A stretch of DNA of 64,000 nucleotides, taken from a virus. Its lineage: Duplodnaviria > Caudoviricetes. How positions within the stretch are numbered: the stretch's first letter is position 1; the number at the start of each line of letters is the position of its first letter. Of the stretch, positions 57,615 to 64,000 are shown piece after piece. A model generated the notes under the pieces. That model had not been told where the DNA came from. It did not search any database and saw only the letters and a list, made by a program, of their open reading frames with translations. The position numbers were made by a program, and so were the translations under genes. The stretch spans positions 1,436 through 65,435 of IMG/VR virus record IMGVR_UViG_3300005201_000711; one strand, written 5' to 3'.

Positions 57615-59338
57615 CCAGCCGCCTTGAACTCAAGCATTCGTACATCACTGGTTCCCAATAAAGCAACGCCGCTATTCCATAGCTTTGTAGCCTCATCCTT
57701 TGCAACGCCGTATTCCTCAACCACGTCATCGGGATCAGACATCCATCGGCGTATTTTCGCAACTTCTATGTTAAACTTCATGAGTAACCGCTTATTTATT
57801 TTCAGGTGTGCGTTGTGATTTCCGGTATAGTAGCGCATTGTAAAGGCAATCTCTCCATCGAGGGTGTAGAACTTCTGTTCTTCTTGGTGCAGGTTATAAT
57901 CAGGTATGTCATCTGGAGATATTGGGAAACCGAGGTTCTGGCAAATGACAATAAAATCATCAACAATGGTATATTTTTTAGTATATGAATACCGATCATA
58001 GTAATAGGCTCTAACAACAATTCGGTAATCAAGACCCAGCTTCCAACGCGGAGGCAGCTTCTGATACTTATAGTCCCTGTCCGTATGCCGCCAGTCGCTT
58101 TTTTTCCAGTGCCGATTTGATGTGTAATTTTCAATCCAGTCCGGGTCAGTCAAGTCATCGAATACATCGCCGATTTGTTCAAGGATACCGACATTACAGT
58201 TATTTATAATCCAGACAACTATTGAGTATATATTGTCCGCGTTAAAATCAAGAGTCTTGAACTCCTTTATATTTCTAAAAATCCTCTCCGATGTCTTTTT
58301 GGTCATGCGTTTGCTTACAGGATCCAACTTATCAAAAGTCGCTCGCCAGTACTTAGATTTCAAACCCTCAATTGCTTTACGGATTATTTCGAGCATGGAC
58401 TTTTTATCCTGCCCCATGAGCTTTATTATTTCCGGCTCTAGTTTTCCTATGGCACGGAATGCAGCGCCCAGATTTTCTTTATCACGCTCGTAATCAGAAA
58501 CAAGCTGATCTATCGGAGCTTTCTTCAATACAAGGTCTTGCTCTCGTTCTTCCTCATAATGATCATATTTTTCTCCCTCTACAAATTCAGCGATATATTC
58601 CCGCACCCAGCGTTCAAAGGCACTCTCCAAAGTTTGCTGATACGTGTAAGCATGACCATAGCTGTCTTTATCTTTTTTCCACGGAGCATTTACACGGACG
58701 AGGTTTACCTTTCCACGCGCTTTTCTGTCTGCTTCTGAAAAATCAAACTCGCCAATAATTGTCGCTTCATACCGTTTCAGTTCCCTTGTTATCTCATCTT
58801 GATCTTTCCAGCGCACCGGCATTACCAGGTATAAGATTGAGAAGTTACATTCGATAAGGATTTTATTTACCCAGCGTTCAAATTGTGAGTATGGAGGATT
58901 GCTGTATATCAGGGAATAGTATTGGTCATTGAGGACAACATCGTAATAATCGCGCCCAATGATAAAAACGCCTTTTTGGATAAGGTCATCGGCCTGCGCT
59001 CTGGCTATTTCTATGCCATACTTTTTCTCTGCCCCAAACAGATCCAGAACACGTCCGTCCCCTGCGCCAATGTCAAGAAACGATTCTATGCAAAGCCTTG
59101 CAACACCATTTTCTTTGTGGTAGGCATCCAAGTGAATGTTATCTTCATTGCGTGATCCATACTCTTTGTATTTCCCTAAATAATCACGGATGTCTTTTTT
59201 CATTGCCTCCATTATTTCAGGCGTGGTAGGATACCATTCAAAATCCTCATCAGCAGTTTTAAGCGCACGGATTTTTTTTGCCGTGCTTACAGTCTGCGTT
59301 CCCGGAACCGGAACATCGTCAACGGATAGTATTTTCAT
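57611..59338 (-). CDS. Class I SAM-dependent (adenine-type) methyltransferase with DUF4942-like C-terminus
   Basis: EWYPT, LDIGAG.G, NPPYS motifs. Confidence 0.75.
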   Translation of the reverse strand: MKILSVDDVPVPGTQTVSTAKKIRALKTADEDFEWYPTTPEIMEAMKKDIRDYLGKYKEYGSRNEDNIHLDAYHKENGVARLCIESFLDIGAGDGRVLDLFGAEKKYGIEIARAQADDLIQKGVFIIGRDYYDVVLNDQYYSLIYSNPPYSQFERWVNKILIECNFSILYLVMPVRWKDQDEITRELKRYEATIIGEFDFSEADRKARGKVNLVRVNAPWKKDKDSYGHAYTYQQTLESAFERWVREYIAEFVEGEKYDHYEEEREQDLVLKKAPIDQLVSDYERDKENLGAAFRAIGKLEPEIIKLMGQDKKSMLEIIRKAIEGLKSKYWRATFDKLDPVSKRMTKKTSERIFRNIKEFKTLDFNADNIYSIVVWIINNCNVGILEQIGDVFDDLTDPDWIENYTSNRHWKKSDWRHTDRDYKYQKLPPRWKLGLDYRIVVRAYYYDRYSYTKKYTIVDDFIVICQNLGFPISPDDIPDYNLHQEEQKFYTLDGEIAFTMRYYTGNHNAHLKINKRLLMKFNIEVAKIRRWMSDPDDVVEEYGVAKDEATKLWNSGVALLGTSDVRMLEFKAAG

Positions 59339-59610
59339 TTTGCTACTCCTTTGGCTTCGCCGTTCAAAATAGCGTCAGCCTGTTGCGACACCTCGTAATC
59401 TGCCGCTTGCCGGTTCCGTGTGAGAAAGTCGTATATCTCGCTTTCAAGAAAGAAAACTTTACCGCCAGTTCCATTGGGTTTGTGGCACGGTATTTTTTTG
59501 AAGTGAATAAGTTTGTAAATATACGAGCGAGAATAGCTAGTCATCTCCATGACTTTTTCAATACGGATAGGCATTTCCTTTATCCGCTTTTTTTCAGTTT
59601 CCATTTCCAT
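59335..59610 (-). CDS. Excisionase / AlpA-type HTH protein
   Basis: EMTSYSRSYIYKL..KIPC.KP..GKV.F..EI. Confidence 0.75.
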   Translation of the reverse strand: MEMETEKKRIKEMPIRIEKVMEMTSYSRSYIYKLIHFKKIPCHKPNGTGGKVFFLESEIYDFLTRNRQAADYEVSQQADAILNGEAKGVAK

Positions 59611-59708
59611 ACCCCTTGTCTAAAAAGTTGCTCGTCTATTCCGAGCCGCCAGCAACCGGCTTTTTTAAGGTTTCCCAGGAACACCAAGGCTGCCGTTCCG
59701 TCCCTTCC

Positions 59709-59781
59709 TAGCAGGGGGAGGACTCGAACCTCCGACAACATGGTTATGAGCCACGTGAGCTAGCCGCTGCTCAACCCTGCC
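59709..59781 (-). tRNA. tRNA with CAT anticodon (Met / initiator-like), no encoded CCA
   Basis: GGCAGGG/CCCTGCT acceptor, GAGC/GCTC D-stem, CTCATAA loop, GGAGG-TTCGAGT-CCTCC T-arm. Confidence 0.85.
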
Positions 59782-59936
59782 AATTCGCCGCTGGCCAGCT
59801 TCGCCAGCGGGTAGTCTTTTTTTTACGTCCAGCAAGCAGACTACGCACTCGCCTTCGCGCCCTGTCTTTCCAAGGTGTCAGAACCGTTGCTGTGGACGGT
59901 TTCTACAGCTTCTTTCACGCCTGCAAAAAGTTTTCA

Positions 59937-60021
59937 TGGGAACAGCGGGAAGTCGAACCCGCGTGGCAGCTTCCTGTGCATTAGGCGCGCCGCTGCCGTG
60001 CAACCACTACACCATGTCCCC
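59937..60021 (-). ncRNA. tRNA-like RNA with expanded 21-nt anticodon loop
   Basis: GGGGACA/TGTTCCC acceptor, GTGT/GCAC D-stem, GCAGC/GCTGC stem, GCGGG-TTCGACTT-CCCGC T-arm. Confidence 0.65.
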
Positions 60022-60306
60022 TAAAACCCCCAGCGGGCCGCCGAAACAAGCTCCGCTAAGGGAACGCCGCTATACCCACCCCGGACAATCCACGGCTCCG
60101 ATTGCTACCCGTTGGAACGGTTTTCTATACCGCCCGAAATATGCCGTTTGTCTTCCCACGGCCAAGAAGACAGCCATTACAGCTGTCGAATTGATAATGG
60201 GTATCTGGAACGTGGCGGGATGAGCCGCCGCAGGTGGAAAAAAAGGCAAAAACACCTGCCCCCAAAGGGACGCTCCGTGTTGCCGGATCTCACTCCGGCA
60301 AGTGCG

Positions 60307-60540
60307 CTAAATCGCATTCATTACCCCTTCCGCCCACACCTGACACAGCCCAGCACCGTGCGGCCCTGGAAAAAAGGCAGTAATTTTATGCCCAAAGAGC
60401 CGGTTCCGTTTCTGGTTCCAGCCCTGCTTCTGCTTGTTTCTCTCAAAAAGGACAAGGATGATTTCTTGGAGTTCCTCCCAGATCTCCGCGAAAACCTCCA
60501 TAGTCTCCTTTAGAAAGGCCATTATCCTATTCACCAAGTC
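60307..60540 (-). CDS. Possible small early protein in leader
   Basis: AGGAG SD before TTG/GTG start; about 75 aa; no recognised family. Confidence 0.3.
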   Translation of the reverse strand, partial: DLVNRIMAFLKETMEVFAEIWEELQEIILVLFERNKQKQGWNQKRNRLFGHKITAFFPGPHGAGLCQVWAEGVMNAI

Positions 60541-60751
60541 CCTGCTCCTTCTGGGCCGTCCCCCAATCCAATACAAACCGCTCCCTGCTTATCAGGCCGT
60601 TGGCATACTGACGGCACAGGGTATAAAAACGCCTATAATCCATAGCAACCTCCCAAAAAAATAAGGGAATTGCCTCCCTTCTCACGAAGCGCAGGGTTAC
60701 CGGCCCCTGCTGGAAGCAATTCCCTTAATCGCTCTGCCGGTACAAAGCCTA

Positions 60752-60825
60752 TCTCATATGAGATGTTCTATACCCAAATTACTCTCAAATGAGAAACGTG
60801 TCAAGCAAATTCTTCTCATTTGAGC
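60752..60825. promoter_or_regulatory. Immunity region: three operators at 31-bp period and leftward promoter
   Basis: TCTCATATGAGA 60752, TCTCAAATGAGA 60783, TCTCATTTGAGC 60814; TTGACA-N17-TAATTT (60776-60804, minus strand). Confidence 0.75.
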
Positions 60826-60876
60826 TATTTTTTTTCAAAAATTCTCCGATTTTATAGCTAAGGAAACAAAAATCCA

Positions 60877-61269
60877 ATGAAAGAAACAAAAGGAAAGGTA
60901 GTAGTTGACAGAATTGATAAGAAATTAGCCGAAATTGGTATGTATAGGACGGCTTTAACGGATATAGTTGGTAGAGCCCAGAACACCCTAAATAACTGGG
61001 CTTCCCGCGATACCAGCCCTCCCGCCGATGTAGCCCTGAAAATTGCCGATGTGCTGGGGTGTTCGGTGCGCTGGCTTATAACCGGAGAACTTGATAAAGC
61101 TGAAGAATTTAGCCAGGAAGAAAGGAACATCATCAACAGGTATCGGAATCTAGACAGGCAAGGCAAGTTTGAGGTTAAAGCCCTGTTAGAGGCAAAGGCT
61201 ACCCCTGTAGGCAAGGAAAGCATACCTGAAATAATTTCTGCAGTGGAAAAAAAACAGAATGCTGGATAG
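60877..61269 (+). CDS. CI-like XRE-family repressor (no S24 peptidase domain)
   Basis: HTH ..TLNNW..R..P.ADVALKIADVLGCSVRWLITGE; divergent from early operon. Confidence 0.85.
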   Translation: MKETKGKVVVDRIDKKLAEIGMYRTALTDIVGRAQNTLNNWASRDTSPPADVALKIADVLGCSVRWLITGELDKAEEFSQEERNIINRYRNLDRQGKFEVKALLEAKATPVGKESIPEIISAVEKKQNAG

Positions 61270-61360
61270 CCCTAACTGGAGGATTACTATATCGCCGTCC
61301 GGGAAGCTTTACCGGTGGAGCAGCTGGGAAGGCTTTATATATGTTCAGGGCTGGTAAGAC

Positions 61361-62575
61361 ATGGATTTGATTATCAGCATTCCAAAAGAGAATTTTATAT
61401 CCTACTGCATCGAGCGCATTACCCAGAGAGAGCAGCCTCTTGAAAAAAGCGTCTGCGAAGCTGTCCAATTCGTAATCCATGAATCCCTAAAAAATTATAG
61501 TTTTGTTTCCAAGGCATCATTCAGGTACAGGGATCAGTATAGTAAATGTCTTTCCCTGAACGAGTACATAGCCTTAGGATTTATCTCTCTTTGGCATTTT
61601 GATATGTCCATAGACTTAAAAGACATGGAACAGCTAACAGACTTTACGTTAGTCCTTCCCGAATACATTTTCTATGGGGATCCAGATATTTATCCACACC
61701 AGAAGTTAAGCAAAAAAATACCGTTGATAGATACCAAAAAATTAAAGACCAAAACAAAGTGTATGTTTTCTCTAAGCCCAATAAGCGTTAAAGAAGATAC
61801 ACTCATACTGATATACAACAATCTTCCGGATGATTTGAATTTTCTACTTCCCTCAAGTTTTCTTCCTGCGGGGGATTGGCGGCAGACTTTCTATAACATC
61901 AAAACAGGGGAGACCTTTTTCTGTAGTTGTTTTGAAGAAGCTATTAAAAACAATCCAGAGCCAAGTGTTAGCTTTAGAAAAATACACCCACATATCAAAT
62001 ACGCTCTGGATCAAAACTCCTTTTTGCCAGGCATTTGCCATATCTGTAGAAAAATAATCCCCCAGCTTGGTGGTGTTTTTCATAATAAAAAGTTTGTTTT
62101 CTCCAGAGTGTACGGTGCTTATATTCATAAGATAATGTACCAATATAATCGTGAGATTTCATTCCATGAAGCAGAAAATATACTTAGAAAGATATTAGAT
62201 TATCCTTTGATCGGTGAAGGGTGGGAGTCGGAGACTGCGTTATATAAACGTATTAAATCAGAATTTTCAAAAGTTGAAATTATACATCACGGGAGACCTC
62301 CTTTTTTGGGAAGGCAAGAATATGATATATGGATCCCGGAGTATAGTATTGCAATCGAGTACCAAGGCATACAGCACTATGAACCGATAGAGCATTGGGG
62401 AGGAGAGGAAGGATTAAGGAAGCGTCAAGAACTTGATAAAAAGAAAATGGAATTGAGTAAACAAAACGGAGTAACGCTTTTATGTGTAAGAGAAGACCAT
62501 GATTATAATTTGTTAGCAGAAAAAATCAAGCAGCTAATGAATGAAAAATCAAAACAAACATTAGAGAGGTGTTGA
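61361..62575 (+). CDS. Lysogen-expressed protein with C-terminal PD-(D/E)xK/Vsr-like nuclease domain
   Basis: EYDIWIPE..IAIEYQG.QHY; FCSC and C..C motifs; downstream of repressor. Confidence 0.55.
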   Translation: MDLIISIPKENFISYCIERITQREQPLEKSVCEAVQFVIHESLKNYSFVSKASFRYRDQYSKCLSLNEYIALGFISLWHFDMSIDLKDMEQLTDFTLVLPEYIFYGDPDIYPHQKLSKKIPLIDTKKLKTKTKCMFSLSPISVKEDTLILIYNNLPDDLNFLLPSSFLPAGDWRQTFYNIKTGETFFCSCFEEAIKNNPEPSVSFRKIHPHIKYALDQNSFLPGICHICRKIIPQLGGVFHNKKFVFSRVYGAYIHKIMYQYNREISFHEAENILRKILDYPLIGEGWESETALYKRIKSEFSKVEIIHHGRPPFLGRQEYDIWIPEYSIAIEYQGIQHYEPIEHWGGEEGLRKRQELDKKKMELSKQNGVTLLCVREDHDYNLLAEKIKQLMNEKSKQTLERC

Positions 62576-62576
62576 A

Positions 62577-62753
62577 ATGGTAGTTGGCGATGATGACAAA
62601 AAGAAAGAAGCAATGGAGCTTTTTATCAGGGCTTTACAGGCGGCTCCTGATTCATTTGTAAAAGCACTTTCCGGTAAGAGCTACGCTAAAGAAATGATTG
62701 ACGGAGCAACCGAGTTCAAAGAGTACCTGTTCCCCGGTAGCGAAAAAAAGTAA
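62577..62753 (+). CDS. 58-aa hypothetical protein
   Basis: Not in ORF track; SD GAGAGG; MVVGDDDKKKEAMELFIRALQ.. Confidence 0.45.
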   Translation: MVVGDDDKKKEAMELFIRALQAAPDSFVKALSGKSYAKEMIDGATEFKEYLFPGSEKK

Positions 62754-62754
62754 C

Positions 62755-63801
62755 TTAGATCGCGATTTCTGGGAGCGCGTTAATTACGTTCATTCGTAGC
62801 TTGTCTGTAACCTTCGCGTACTTAGCGACATGGCTCATATTAACGTGCCCCAGAAGTTTTGCCAGAGTAACAATATCTGCTCCGCTCTCAAGCGCCATAG
62901 TAGCAAATGTTCGCCGGGCCGTATGCCATCCGATATTTTTCGGAACACCTGCTTTTTCGGCCCAATTCTTGAGGTGGGCATAGCTGGCACGTCTATTACG
63001 TGTGGCAAGATTAAAAACAGAATCGGTCTGCGTGTGGATTTTTCCATCGTTAAGAATATCCTGCGCGGTTTTACTTAATGGAACCACAACATTGCTCTGG
63101 GTTTTTTCCTGACTTTTTATTATCTGCATGGGATTTGTTTGTATCTTTGACCATGTAAGAGTTTCAATATCTGATATTCGTAAGCCGGTATGACAAGCAA
63201 ATAGAAAAGCTCGGCGTATCTCTGCGCCATAGACGGTATCAAGTTTTATAGTCGCTAATTTCTGAACCTCCTCCGAACTAAGGAATAATAGTTCTGCTTC
63301 CGGTGCGGTTATTTTTTGCACGATATTTGCAGGATTTTTTGTTATTAAACCCTTCGCTACTGCTTTATTCAACGCGCAGCGCAATACTCTGGAATAGAAA
63401 CCTGCTGTATACCGAGACAATGTTTCTTGCTTTAGCAGATGCGCTTGAAACTCCTCTACCCATTTCGATGTTAAATGAACCAGCAGTATATTTCCTTTAT
63501 CAAAATCTTTGATGTGCTTTAGACAGGCATTTACTGTAGCGGGGTTCTTATAATTCTTTGCGTGATCCTCTAAGTATTTTACCAGCGAAACCCTGCCGGC
63601 AATGGGATCGTTAATATCCCATGCTCCGGTAAGGAACTGCGTCTCGCGCTTGGAACGACATATCTCCGCGAGCCTCCATATTTCTTTGTTCTGGACTTTG
63701 TCTTTTGTTAATTCAAGATGTAATGATTCCCATGTACGCTTTCCCCCCTGGTAAATATCAAGGTATAGCTTTCCACGCTTCTCGCGTATCTTTACGCTCA
63801 T
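62755..63801 (-). CDS. int: Tyrosine recombinase / phage integrase
   Basis: TGLRISDI, K, HTARRTFAT, LLGH...Y catalytic residues. Confidence 0.93.
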   Translation of the reverse strand: MSVKIREKRGKLYLDIYQGGKRTWESLHLELTKDKVQNKEIWRLAEICRSKRETQFLTGAWDINDPIAGRVSLVKYLEDHAKNYKNPATVNACLKHIKDFDKGNILLVHLTSKWVEEFQAHLLKQETLSRYTAGFYSRVLRCALNKAVAKGLITKNPANIVQKITAPEAELLFLSSEEVQKLATIKLDTVYGAEIRRAFLFACHTGLRISDIETLTWSKIQTNPMQIIKSQEKTQSNVVVPLSKTAQDILNDGKIHTQTDSVFNLATRNRRASYAHLKNWAEKAGVPKNIGWHTARRTFATMALESGADIVTLAKLLGHVNMSHVAKYAKVTDKLRMNVINALPEIAI

Positions 63802-63838
63802 TTTGACCTCCGGTACAGTCTACAATACGTCTACCAAA

Positions 63839-63867
63839 AATGTAAAACAAAGGAAAATAAGTGTCAA
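63839..63867 (-). promoter_or_regulatory. Possible integrase promoter
   Basis: TTGACA-N17-TACATT. Confidence 0.45.
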
Positions 63868-64000
63868 GAAAAAAAACTAATGAGACAAAAATAATTTTCA
63901 TAATTCTTTGTATAGTAACGAGATAGAAACAAAAGTATGTGAAAGTAAAGTATTGATAACAGATGATAAAATACTGTACACTTAACAAACGGTATACGCT

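Larger units (their letters stand above)
1..63801. mobile_element. Temperate contractile-tailed prophage carrying a DGR (left end outside window)
   Basis: Complete integrase-repressor-replication-packaging-head-tail gene order. Confidence 0.93.

Noticed and set aside
59709-60021. tRNA genes as the prophage attachment site
   Set aside because: They lie inside the early operon, about 2.7 kb from the integrase gene; no matching att repeat is visible in the window.
63802-64000. att core near integrase
   Set aside because: AT-rich, but no partner repeat can be identified because the other prophage end is outside the window.

Overview
Almost the whole window is one temperate, Myoviridae-type (contractile-tail) prophage encoded mostly on the minus strand. 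From right to left it carries: a tyrosine integrase; a small plus-strand immunity/lysogenic-conversion block (XRE repressor, PD-(D/E)xK-like protein); a 1.2-kb RNA-rich early leader with a tRNA(CAT) and a tRNA-like RNA; early, recombination and replication genes (Xis/AlpA, SF2 helicase, SSB, single-chain SbcD-SbcC, initiator, three DNA methyltransferases, Mom-like GNAT); a ParB / ABC-GNAT / formyltransferase cassette; terminase and portal; a MuF-ADP-ribosyltransferase toxin with an ADP-ribosylhydrolase; and head, tail and baseplate genes. At the far left is a complete diversity-generating retroelement (DGR: avd-TR-RT) lying between the tail-fibre gene and its probable chaperone. Main discovery: the single template repeat (2284-2373) matches two variable repeats. 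VR1 ends the tail fibre (3052-3141, 9 mismatches). VR2 lies about 53 kb away in a small non-structural early gene (55884-55973, 13 mismatches). All mismatches fall at template adenines, and both targets carry a matching double-hairpin cassette with different stem sequences. Also notable is a family of promoter-leader-terminator RNAs with shared motifs, and a repressor-type operator reused at the capsid promoter. The left end (lysis region) and the att sites are not visible. The host cannot be determined from the sequence alone. All calls come from motif recognition and manual alignment; no database searches were run.
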